In this document: positions 1-8,997 of the stretch, in pieces | How positions within the stretch are numbered: the stretch's first letter is position 1 | Layout: every line of letters begins with the position of its first letter | DNA from: Bacilli bacterium | GTDB lineage: Bacteria > Bacillota_I > Bacilli_A > RFN20 > CAG-826 | NCBI GenBank assembly: GCA_045628045.1 | Contig: JAZQOV010000001.1 | Span: forward strand, 88,151-152,150 | Direction of reading: 5' to 3' | Length of the DNA: 64,000 nucleotides | The notes under the pieces: model-generated | What the model saw: the letters and a program-made list of their open reading frames with translations, nothing else | What the model was told of the DNA's origin: nothing | Databases searched by the model: none | Position numbers and translations under genes: made by a program

Positions 1-1
1 T

Positions 2-136
2 GGTGGAGAAGCAAAGATGTTCCTTGCTCAAAACGAGGTTCTGATAGACGGAACACCTGACAATCGTAGAGGAAGAAAACTTAGAGGTGGAGAAGTTATT
101 GAAATTCTTGGTCAAAAATACGAGATTAAAAAATGA
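2..136 (+). CDS. yaaA: S4-domain RNA-binding protein YaaA (5'-truncated by window edge)
   Basis: Frame 2 reads [44 protein letters not shown]. The GGEAK...RRGRKL motif and position upstream of recF (ATGA overlap) fit YaaA. Confidence 0.9.
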   Translation, partial: GGEAKMFLAQNEVLIDGTPDNRRGRKLRGGEVIEILGQKYEIKK

Positions 137-1212
137 TTGTTAAAAATCTGGTCCTTAGGAATTTCCGAAACTACGATTTTGCAAAAGTTGAATTTGACCC
201 TAAGTTAAATATCATCGTAGGCAAAAATGCAGCAGGGAAGACAAACATAGTTGAAGCGATTTACTTTTTGTCCCTTGCGAGGTCGTTTCGAACTTCTGAA
301 TATGGCGAATTAATCAAAAATAAGCGCCAATATAGCGAAATTGAGGCACGAGTTGAGCAAGATACCATAAACAAAGATATCGTTGCTCTAATGACCTCTT
401 CCAGCAAGAAGTTCACATGTAACGACAAACCAGTTAAGAAATTATCCGATCTTTCTCAACTTATAAATGTAATAGTCTTTGAGCCTAAAGATACGCTTAT
501 GTTTAGCGATTCTCCTTTAGTGAGAAGAAACTATCTAGACATTAATCTTTCAAAGAAGTCACCAATTTATTTAGAAAATTTGATGGTCTTTGAGAAATTA
601 TTAAAGGAACGTAACGCAATTCTTAAAAGCGACGAGGTGGATAAGTTACAACTTGATGTAGTTACTGAGCAAATGATTGCCGTTGAGGAAACCATTTGTA
701 GATACCGCGCCGCCTACATTAGTGAAATTAATAACATTCTTTCTAGATTAATAACAAAGTTAAAAGGCAAAGAAGAGAAAGCAGAATTAGTTTACTTGCC
801 GTTTATTAAATTAGACGACAAGTTTAAAAATTCGTGCGCGCGTGCCTATGCGCATAATGTGGAGAGTGATATTAAACATAAGGCAACGCAATTAGGAATT
901 CATCGTGAAGATATGAAGATGATTCTAAACGGAAAAGACATCGCTCTTCAGGGCTCGCAAGGAGAAAACAGAATTGCGGTTATCGCATTAAAACTTGCTC
1001 CTTACTTCCTAATCGAAGAAAAAGAGAAAAAGCCAATCATTATTCTAGACGATGTTATGTCAGAGCTTGATGAAGAGCACAAACAAAGATTACTTACATT
1101 TGTAAAAGGATTAGAACAGGTATTTATTACCGCAACAAAAACAAACATTACTGACGCTGCAATATTCGAAGTGTCAGAGCATATCATTACAAGGAGGAAT
1201 GCTAAATGGTAG
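133..1212 (+). CDS. recF: DNA replication/repair protein RecF
   Basis: NFRNY, Walker [25 protein letters not shown]; yaaA-recF-gyrB synteny. Confidence 0.97.
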   Translation: MIVKNLVLRNFRNYDFAKVEFDPKLNIIVGKNAAGKTNIVEAIYFLSLARSFRTSEYGELIKNKRQYSEIEARVEQDTINKDIVALMTSSSKKFTCNDKPVKKLSDLSQLINVIVFEPKDTLMFSDSPLVRRNYLDINLSKKSPIYLENLMVFEKLLKERNAILKSDEVDKLQLDVVTEQMIAVEETICRYRAAYISEINNILSRLITKLKGKEEKAELVYLPFIKLDDKFKNSCARAYAHNVESDIKHKATQLGIHREDMKMILNGKDIALQGSQGENRIAVIALKLAPYFLIEEKEKKPIIILDDVMSELDEEHKQRLLTFVKGLEQVFITATKTNITDAAIFEVSEHIITRRNAKW

Positions 1213-3209
1213 AACAAGATGAAAAAGTCGAATTAAACGTCGATGCATCAAACGAAGACAAACCAGATGCTGATTACTCAGCTAAGGATCTTCAAGTTCT
1301 CGAAGGCCTTGAGGCGGTTCGTAAACGTCCAGGTATGTACATTGGTACAACCGCAGCAGCAGGTCTTCATCACCTTGTTTGGGAAATCGTTGATAACTCA
1401 ATCGACGAAGCCCTTGCAGGTTTCTGTGACAAAATCGTAGTCACAATCAACAAAGGCGACACAATCACTGTCGAAGATAACGGCCGTGGTATTCCAGTCG
1501 ACATTGTTGCTAAATCAGGCTTATCAGGTGTTGAAACAGTCTTTACTATTCTTCACGCTGGCGGTAAGTTTGGTGAAACAGGAGGATACAAAGTATCCGG
1601 CGGTTTACATGGTGTTGGTGCATCAGTCGTTAACGCCCTTTCTGAATGGTTAGAAGTTGTTGTTAAGAAAAACGGCAAAGTTCACACCATGAAATTCGGA
1701 CGTGGCGGAAAACCAGTTGATCACTTACACGTTATTGGCGATTGCCCAGAAAACGAATCTGGAACAATTGTTACATTTAAACCAGATGACACAATCTTTA
1801 CTGAAACAACAGTTTATGATTATGACATTATCTGTGATCACCTTAAACAAATGGCTTATCTTAACAAAGGAGTCAGAATTGTAGTAAAAGATGATCGTGT
1901 TTCACCAGCAAAAGAAGAAACTTATTGCTACGAAGGTGGTATTAAAGAATACGTTTCAGCAATTAACTTTAATAAAACACCAATCATGCAAGATGTTATC
2001 TATTGCGAAGGCCGTGGAAAATACATGGTTGGAGATGAAGAAAAAGGTCATATCTATTGTGAAGTTGCAATGCAATATAACGAAAGCTATAACCCAACAA
2101 TCTTCTCATTCTGTAATAACATTCATACTCATGAAGGTGGAACCCACGAAGAAGGTTTCCGTCTTGCAATGAGACGTGTCATGAATGATTACGCAAGAAA
2201 AGTAAAAATTCTTAAAGATGATCAAGACGATCTTGAAACAAGTGATATTTTGGAAGGCTTAACAGCAATTATCTCAATTAAGCACCCAAACCCACAATAT
2301 GAAGGACAAACAAAGACCAAACTCGGTAACTCCGAAGTTCGTAAAATTGTTTCTCAAGTTGTTGGTGATTCACTTGAAAGATTCTTGCTTGAAAATCCAA
2401 AAGTTGCAGAAGAAATTATTCAAAAACTTAGAATGGCCGCAACTGCTCGTATGGCAGCACGTGCCGCTCAAGAATCTGTCCGTAGAAAAACTGGACTTGA
2501 AGTCACTACACTTCCTGGAAAATTAGCTGACTGTTCAAGTAAAGAACCAGAAAAATGCGAACTCTACATCGTTGAGGGTAACTCAGCTGGAGGCTCTGCT
2601 AAAAACGGACGTGATAGAGAAACTCAAGCTATCTTACCACTTCGTGGTAAAATCTTGAACGTTGAAAAAGCAACTCAAGAAAAAGCATTCGAAAATGCTG
2701 AAATTGGTAACATGATTGTTGCTATCGGAGCTGGTATTGATCCAGAATTCCATATCGAAAAAGCACGTTATCATAAAATTGTTATCATGACCGATGCTGA
2801 TGTCGACGGTTCACACATCAGAATCCTTCTTTTAACATTCTTCTTCAGATTTATGAAGGAATTAATTGAAGCAGGTTATATTTACATTGCTCAACCACCA
2901 CTATTCAAAGTTGATTATCATGGCAAATCATACTATGCCTATAACGAAGACCAACTTGAAATTATCAAAAAACAACTTGATCTTAAACCAGGCTATCCAT
3001 TCCAACGCTATAAAGGTCTTGGTGAAATGGATGCTGAACAACTTTGGGAAACCACAATGGATCCAAATAATCGTAAGATGCTTAAGGTTACAATGAATGA
3101 TGCTATTGAAGCAGACAAAGTCTTTACGGACTTAATGGGCGATGAAGTTCTCCCAAGAAAAGACTTTATTGCTAAATATGCTAAGTTCGTTAAGAACCTT
3201 GATATTTAA
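1206..3209 (+). CDS. gyrB: DNA gyrase subunit B
   Basis: [44 protein letters not shown]. Confidence 0.98.
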   Translation: MVEQDEKVELNVDASNEDKPDADYSAKDLQVLEGLEAVRKRPGMYIGTTAAAGLHHLVWEIVDNSIDEALAGFCDKIVVTINKGDTITVEDNGRGIPVDIVAKSGLSGVETVFTILHAGGKFGETGGYKVSGGLHGVGASVVNALSEWLEVVVKKNGKVHTMKFGRGGKPVDHLHVIGDCPENESGTIVTFKPDDTIFTETTVYDYDIICDHLKQMAYLNKGVRIVVKDDRVSPAKEETYCYEGGIKEYVSAINFNKTPIMQDVIYCEGRGKYMVGDEEKGHIYCEVAMQYNESYNPTIFSFCNNIHTHEGGTHEEGFRLAMRRVMNDYARKVKILKDDQDDLETSDILEGLTAIISIKHPNPQYEGQTKTKLGNSEVRKIVSQVVGDSLERFLLENPKVAEEIIQKLRMAATARMAARAAQESVRRKTGLEVTTLPGKLADCSSKEPEKCELYIVEGNSAGGSAKNGRDRETQAILPLRGKILNVEKATQEKAFENAEIGNMIVAIGAGIDPEFHIEKARYHKIVIMTDADVDGSHIRILLLTFFFRFMKELIEAGYIYIAQPPLFKVDYHGKSYYAYNEDQLEIIKKQLDLKPGYPFQRYKGLGEMDAEQLWETTMDPNNRKMLKVTMNDAIEADKVFTDLMGDEVLPRKDFIAKYAKFVKNLDI

Positions 3210-3227
3210 TGAAAGGAGAAAGAAAAA

Positions 3228-5747
3228 ATGGCAGACGAAATCAAAAAAACTGTTGAAGCAGGTATTGCTTCCGGTACAGAAGACACAGATCTTTCTCAAT
3301 TAGTCAAAGACTCATTCCTTGACTACGCAATGTCAGTTATCGTTGCTCGTGCTATTCCAGATGTTCGTGATGGTTGTAAACCAGTTCACCGTAGAGTCAT
3401 CTATGGCATGCATGTAACAGGCATGTTCCCAGGAACTCCTTTCAAAAAGAGTGCCCGTATTGTTGGTGACGTTATGGGTAAATATCACCCACACGGCGAC
3501 GCTGCAATTTACTCAACTTTAGTTAGACTTGCTCAACCATTCGCAATGCGTTATACACTCGTCGATGGACATGGTAACTTCGGTTCTATGGACGGCGATG
3601 AGCCAGCTGCTATGCGTTATACAGAAGCAAGAATGACAAAACTTGCCACCGAAATGGTCAGAGACCTTAACTGTAATACAGTTAACATGGTTGATAACTA
3701 CGACGGTACTGAACAAGAACCAGAAGTTTTACCATCTAGATTCCCAAATATCCTTGTTAATGGATCTAATGGTATTGCTGTTGGTATGGCAACTTATATT
3801 CCAACACATAACTTAGGCGAAACAATCGACGCAGTTATTGCTGTTGCAAAAAATCCTGAAATTACTCCAATTGAGATTATGCAAGATTACCTCCATGGTC
3901 CTGACTTCCCAACTGGCGCAACAATTTTAGGAAGAACCGGAATCAAAGATTATTTTGAAACTGGTACAGGTTCAATCGTTATTAGATCAAAAGCTGAAAT
4001 TAAAGAAAACGAAAGAACTGGTAAAAAACAAATTATTGTTACAGAAATTCCATATCAAGTTAACAAAGCAACAATGATTGAGTCAATTGCTCATCTTGTT
4101 AGAGATAAAGTTATTGATGGAATTACTGATATTCGTGATGAATCTTCAAAAGGTGATGTCCGTATCGTTATCGATGTAAGACATGATGCCATTCCAGAAG
4201 TTATCTTAAATCAACTTTATAAGATGACTCAACTTCAAACAAGTATGGGTATTATTATGCTCTGCCTTGTTGATGGCGCACCAAAAGTTCTTCCAGTTAC
4301 AGAAATTTTAAAACATTACCTTGATTTCCAAGTTGATGTTGTCGAAAGAAGAACAAAGTTCTTACTTGCAAAAGACGAAGCTCGTGATCATATCGTTGTT
4401 GGCTTACTTAAAGCTATTGGCGATATCGACGCAATCGTTGAAACAATTAAGAAGAGTGCGACTCCAGAAGATGCTACAAAAGCATTAATGGATAAGTTTG
4501 GATTCTCTGAAGAACAAACAGCTGCTATTCTCGCTATGACTCTCCGTAGACTTACTGGTCTTGAAGAAGGAAAACTCGAAGAAGAAAGAGCTCAACTTGA
4601 AGCAAATATTGCTAACTATCATCACATTCTTGAAAGTAGAGCAAACGTTACTGAAGTTGTTGTTAATGAACTTCTTGAAATTAAAGAAAAATATAGCGAT
4701 GATCGCCGTACTGAAATTTCTGATGAAGCAGCAACAATCGAAGATGAAGCTTTAATTCCACAAAAGGAAATTGTCATCACATTATCCAAGAATAACTATG
4801 TTAAGAGAATGGAAGCAGATACATTCCGTACTCAAAACCGTGGTGGTCGCGGAGTCCGTGGTGCAGCCTTAAATGATGAAGATGAAGTTTCAATTATGCT
4901 TCACACAAGAACACATATTGACATTATGTTCTTCTCTAATCTCGGACGCGTTTATAGATTAAGAGGTTACATGATTCCAGAAGGATCAAGAATTTCAAAA
5001 GGAATTCCAATGCAACAATTACTTAATCTTGAAAAAGGTGAGAAGATTATGTCTATCATACCAATTGAAGACTACTCAGAAGGCAACTTCTTATTCTTCG
5101 CAACTAAAGATGGTATTGTTAAACGTACATCAGTTGCTGAATTCGAATCAGTCAGAAAGAATGGTAAGATCGCTATTACTTTACGTGAAGGCGACGCATT
5201 ACTTGATGTTAAATACACAACGGGCGATGTCACTGTTTGCTTAGCAAGTAGCAAAGGTAAACTTGTTAAGTTTAATGAAACTCAAGCAAGACCTCTTGGA
5301 AGAACTGCTTCCGGTGTTAAAGGTATCGAACTTGATGAAGGCGCAGTTGTTGTTGGCATGACCACATCACTTGAGGGAAATTACATTCTTGTCATTACTT
5401 CACACGGTTTCGGTAAGATGTCTGAAATCGGCGAATACCGTGAAACAAAACGTGGCGCAAAAGGTGTTACTACACTTAACGCAACAGTTAAGGCTGGTAA
5501 GCTTGTTGCAATGAGAGCAGTCAATGGTGATGAAGACTTAATGATGGTTACTAATGGCGGGACAGTTATTAGAATCCCACTTGAACAAGTCAAGGTTGCA
5601 CACCGTGTAACTCAAGGCGTCAAAGTTATTAGACTTGAAGACGATAAACAAAGAGTTTCATCTATTACTGTTGTTCCACATGAAGAAGCTTCAGAGGGTG
5701 AAGAAGCAGTAGAAGAAGCTCCAGTAGCCGAAGAAGCTGCAAACTAA
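3228..5747 (+). CDS. gyrA: DNA gyrase subunit A
   Basis: YHPHGD, AAMRYTE catalytic Tyr, GyrA-box QNRGGRG, C-terminal pinwheel repeats; SD AAGGAG. Confidence 0.98.
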   Translation: MADEIKKTVEAGIASGTEDTDLSQLVKDSFLDYAMSVIVARAIPDVRDGCKPVHRRVIYGMHVTGMFPGTPFKKSARIVGDVMGKYHPHGDAAIYSTLVRLAQPFAMRYTLVDGHGNFGSMDGDEPAAMRYTEARMTKLATEMVRDLNCNTVNMVDNYDGTEQEPEVLPSRFPNILVNGSNGIAVGMATYIPTHNLGETIDAVIAVAKNPEITPIEIMQDYLHGPDFPTGATILGRTGIKDYFETGTGSIVIRSKAEIKENERTGKKQIIVTEIPYQVNKATMIESIAHLVRDKVIDGITDIRDESSKGDVRIVIDVRHDAIPEVILNQLYKMTQLQTSMGIIMLCLVDGAPKVLPVTEILKHYLDFQVDVVERRTKFLLAKDEARDHIVVGLLKAIGDIDAIVETIKKSATPEDATKALMDKFGFSEEQTAAILAMTLRRLTGLEEGKLEEERAQLEANIANYHHILESRANVTEVVVNELLEIKEKYSDDRRTEISDEAATIEDEALIPQKEIVITLSKNNYVKRMEADTFRTQNRGGRGVRGAALNDEDEVSIMLHTRTHIDIMFFSNLGRVYRLRGYMIPEGSRISKGIPMQQLLNLEKGEKIMSIIPIEDYSEGNFLFFATKDGIVKRTSVAEFESVRKNGKIAITLREGDALLDVKYTTGDVTVCLASSKGKLVKFNETQARPLGRTASGVKGIELDEGAVVVGMTTSLEGNYILVITSHGFGKMSEIGEYRETKRGAKGVTTLNATVKAGKLVAMRAVNGDEDLMMVTNGGTVIRIPLEQVKVAHRVTQGVKVIRLEDDKQRVSSITVVPHEEASEGEEAVEEAPVAEEAAN

Positions 5748-5778
5748 AAATATCCGCAAAAAAGTGTAGATTTTGAAA

Positions 5779-5816
5779 AGTTATGTGCGAATTTCCTATG
5801 ATTTTCGCACATAACT
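5779..5816. repeat. Perfect 13-bp inverted repeat between gyrA and serS
   Basis: AGTTATGTGCGAA-12 nt-TTCGCACATAACT; no following U-tract. Confidence 0.85.
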
Positions 5817-5839
5817 AATTAAAGAAAGAAGGATTGAAT

Positions 5840-7120
5840 ATGATTGATATTAAATTAATTCTTGATGATCCTAAAGCTATTGAAGCAAAGTTAGCCAAGA
5901 AAGGATGCAAAGTTGATTTTGCACCTCTTGTTGAACTTTCTAAAAAACGTAAGGAACTTCTTTTAAGTGTTGAGAATGCAAAAGCAGAAAGAAATAAACT
6001 TTCCGCAAGTGTTCCGCAAGTTAAAAAAGAAGGCGGAGATGTTAATGCAATTTTTGCAAAGGTCAAAGAGATTGCTGCAAAGAGTGCAAAAGACGAAGAA
6101 GAACTTAATAGAGTTGAGGAAGAAATTAAAAACTTTATTCTTCCACTTCCAAATTTACCAGATGATGATTTACTTGCTGGCGGAAAAGAGAATAACAAAG
6201 TTATTCATGAATATGGAAAACCAATTAAGTTTGATTTTGAAGCAAAAAATCACGTTGATTTATGTGAATCACTTGGCTTAATTGATTATGAACGTGGCGC
6301 AAAAATGAGCGGACACGGATGTTGGGTTTACACAGGCCTTGGCGCTCAACTTGAATGGGCACTTCTTAATTTCTTCATTAGTGAACATCTTAAAGATGGA
6401 TACACAATGATTCTTCCTCCACATATGCTTAATGAAGAATCTGGTTATGTTGCAGGTCAATTCCCAAAATTTAAAGAAGATGTTTTCTGGCTTAGCAATG
6501 CTGAACCAAAGAAATTCATTCTTCCTACAGCAGAAACAGCCTTAGTTAATATGCATAGAGATGAAATTCTCTCCGAAGATGAACTTCCAAAGAAATATTT
6601 CGCTTACACTCCATGCTATCGTAGAGAAGCAGGCACATATCGAACCGAAGAACGCGGTATGATTAGAGGTTATCAATTTAATAAAATTGAAATGTTCCAA
6701 TACACCACAGAAGAAGGCGATCAACCTGCATTTGAAGAACTTGTAAAAAAAGCAATTTCGCTCCTTGATAAGTTAGGTCTTACATTCCGTGTTTCTAAAC
6801 TTGCAGCAGAAGATATTACTGCATCAATGGCTAGAACATATGATATTGAAATATATATTCCATCAATTGGAATTTACAAAGAAGTAAGTTCTGTTTCAAC
6901 AGCACATGATTATCAAGCAAGACGTGGAATGATTAGATATCGTGATAAAGCAACAGGCAAAACCAAATATGCTCATACATTAAATGGTTCTGGCTTAGCA
7001 ACTTCGCGTGTATTTCCAGCTTTAGTGGAACAATTCCAACAAAAAGATGGATCAATTAAAATTCCAGAAGTGCTTAGACCATGGATGGGCGGACTTGAAT
7101 ATATCAAGCCAAAGAAATAA
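5840..7120 (+). CDS. serS: Serine--tRNA ligase
   Basis: N-terminal coiled arm, LPTAET, YRREAG, HTLNGSGLA. ATG at 5840 follows AAGGA. Confidence 0.97.
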   Translation: MIDIKLILDDPKAIEAKLAKKGCKVDFAPLVELSKKRKELLLSVENAKAERNKLSASVPQVKKEGGDVNAIFAKVKEIAAKSAKDEEELNRVEEEIKNFILPLPNLPDDDLLAGGKENNKVIHEYGKPIKFDFEAKNHVDLCESLGLIDYERGAKMSGHGCWVYTGLGAQLEWALLNFFISEHLKDGYTMILPPHMLNEESGYVAGQFPKFKEDVFWLSNAEPKKFILPTAETALVNMHRDEILSEDELPKKYFAYTPCYRREAGTYRTEERGMIRGYQFNKIEMFQYTTEEGDQPAFEELVKKAISLLDKLGLTFRVSKLAAEDITASMARTYDIEIYIPSIGIYKEVSSVSTAHDYQARRGMIRYRDKATGKTKYAHTLNGSGLATSRVFPALVEQFQQKDGSIKIPEVLRPWMGGLEYIKPKK

Positions 7121-7132
7121 TTCCTAAAAAAG

Positions 7133-7160
7133 AAAGGTCTCAATTATGAGACCTTTTTTA
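7133..7160. terminator. Bidirectional intrinsic terminator between convergent serS and the membrane acyltransferase gene
   Basis: AAAGGTCTCA-ATTA-TGAGACCTTT with flanking A and T tracts. Confidence 0.75.
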
Positions 7161-8298
7161 CTGCCAATTTCTGTTTTCTTTTTATTTTTAAATTTCTCCA
7201 CAGAAGTCCAAGATAAGTTGAAAGAGGGAACACAATAATAAACGAAACTAAATAAGGCCAAAATATTACTGGCTCATCTCCTAAAAGCGGAGTAAGAATC
7301 TGAGCGGACACATTTAAAATAATTATCCAGGAAATAATATAGATTTCGTTAATTGCACTGCTGAATTTAAAGATTGCTTTGTTAAGAAACTTAGGAGTAA
7401 TCTTGCAGATGAAATGGAATAATGCAAATTCCACAAAAACAACGCCTATTGCCGCAAGAGCATAAATAAGTGAGCCAACATATTCAGGATCGGTTTCAGC
7501 ATAGGTTATAAAATAACCTTCAAGACCTAAATGGTAATCTAAAAGTAAAACTGTTGTAGTAAGTACTGCTCCAGCAACTCCAAGAATTATATAAAATCTA
7601 TTTAAGTTCTTAAGTTTTTTAATTGTTACACCTAGAGTGTTTCCGACCGCTACAAAAATAAACCATGAGCAGAATGAGAAAACAGTTACTGGGTCAGTTA
7701 AGTCTTCGCTAACAAAGTTAACTGGAATAAAAGATCCAAGAAGAAGTGATTCTGTAAAGCTGCTTGGTTCTTTCACTTTAAATATTTCTGAAATAATTAA
7801 TAAGATAATAGCAACAATTAAGATAATAAGATCATTATGTTTTTTAATTAATTTTAATAAACCAAATGCTATTAACGCTAAACCAGCGAATAAGAGAATG
7901 TCTCCACCAAAAATACAATATAGAGCCATTTGAGTTGGGTTTGCGGCGTTTGGAACAATTGTGAAAAATCCAACAGCAGAACGAAGAATATTAAGCACAT
8001 AATGCATAAGAATTAATCTTAAGCCTCTCCAAATTGTCTTTTTGGGATCAGTCTCATTTTTATATGAAAGCCCTATGCCCATTGCAGTCATAAAGACTGG
8101 TGCAGCCATAAAGCCTCCAAGAATGTAACCAATAAAATAACCAAATGGTTTTGTGCTAAAGCATCCATAATATGGATAAATCATAATATGTACTAGAACC
8201 ATGCCAAATATTGCAACAGCTTTTGCATAATCAATATTTGCTTGTCGTCCAATGTTTATATCTTCTCTTTGAAAGAAGGATTTAATTTTAGAAAACAT
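7144..8298 (-). CDS. Multi-pass membrane protein, acyltransferase-3 / HGSNAT (DUF1624)-like
   Basis: IDYAKAVAIFGMVLVH and AAPVFMTAMG motifs; about 10 hydrophobic segments. Confidence 0.7.
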   Translation of the reverse strand: MFSKIKSFFQREDINIGRQANIDYAKAVAIFGMVLVHIMIYPYYGCFSTKPFGYFIGYILGGFMAAPVFMTAMGIGLSYKNETDPKKTIWRGLRLILMHYVLNILRSAVGFFTIVPNAANPTQMALYCIFGGDILLFAGLALIAFGLLKLIKKHNDLIILIVAIILLIISEIFKVKEPSSFTESLLLGSFIPVNFVSEDLTDPVTVFSFCSWFIFVAVGNTLGVTIKKLKNLNRFYIILGVAGAVLTTTVLLLDYHLGLEGYFITYAETDPEYVGSLIYALAAIGVVFVEFALFHFICKITPKFLNKAIFKFSSAINEIYIISWIIILNVSAQILTPLLGDEPVIFWPYLVSFIIVFPLSTYLGLLWRNLKIKRKQKLAVKKVS

Positions 8299-8345
8299 AT
8301 GCGCCCCCCTTTTTGTTATTTAACATTATAGACAACACAATTCAT

Positions 8346-8374
8346 TTTACAAATTATTAATTAGCAATTAAAAT
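8346..8374 (+). promoter_or_regulatory. Sigma-A promoter of the SRP RNA
   Basis: TTTACA-17-TAAAAT, ending 6 nt before the RNA 5' end. Confidence 0.7.
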
Positions 8375-8380
8375 TATTAC

Positions 8381-8459
8381 GCCATCGCAATGGTCTACTA
8401 CGAACCAGGTCAGGACAGGAATGTAGCAGCCTTAAGGAGATCAGGTCATGTGCGGTGGT
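8381..8459 (+). ncRNA. ffs: Small signal recognition particle RNA (4.5S type)
   Basis: Helix-8 signature GAACCAGGTCAGG-ACA-GGAA-TGT-AGCAGC; terminal stem GCCATCGCA/TGCGGTGGT; adjacent to tadA as in Bacillus. Confidence 0.9.
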
Positions 8460-8468
8460 TTTATTTCT

Positions 8469-8921
8469 ATGTACACAATTGACGAAAAATTTATGATAGA
8501 AGCATTAAAAGAAGCGGAAAAATCCGCGAATTTTGATGAAGTTCCCGTTGGAGCTGTTATTGTAAAAGACGGAAAAATTATTGCAAGAGGTCATAATCTT
8601 AGAGAAAGAAATAATGATCCAACAGCTCATGCTGAAATTATTGCGATTAGAAAAGCGTGCAAGAAATTAAATTCTTGGAGATTAGAGAATTGCACAATTT
8701 ACGTAACAATCGAACCATGTTCAATGTGCGCTGGTACTTTGCTTTGGACAAGAATTAAGAAAATTGTTTATGGTGCAAAAGATCCAAAAGGTGGAGCAAT
8801 CTGTAGCTCGCTTTCGTTATTTGAATCAAGAAACATAAATCATCATCCTGAAATTCTTGGAGGAATATTAGATGAAAAATGTTCCTCTATTATGAAAGAT
8901 TTCTTTAGAAACAAAAGATAA
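8469..8921 (+). CDS. tadA: tRNA adenosine(34) deaminase
   Basis: EVPVGA, HAE, EPCSMC zinc motifs. Start moved to ATG 8469 because 8448 lies inside the SRP RNA. Confidence 0.93.
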   Translation: MYTIDEKFMIEALKEAEKSANFDEVPVGAVIVKDGKIIARGHNLRERNNDPTAHAEIIAIRKACKKLNSWRLENCTIYVTIEPCSMCAGTLLWTRIKKIVYGAKDPKGGAICSSLSLFESRNINHHPEILGGILDEKCSSIMKDFFRNKR

Positions 8922-8997
8922 AATAGTTTGTACACTGTATAAGGTTTGATATACTTTATGTTAGAAAAGTTGTTCAAACTTTTTTCTTATTAAGTAT

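Noticed and set aside
8958-8993. 11-codon upstream ORF (MLEKLFKLFSY) before the P-type ATPase
   Set aside because: Its ATG is only 2 nt from the candidate -10 box (TATACT), so it is probably not on the transcript; it has no RBS.
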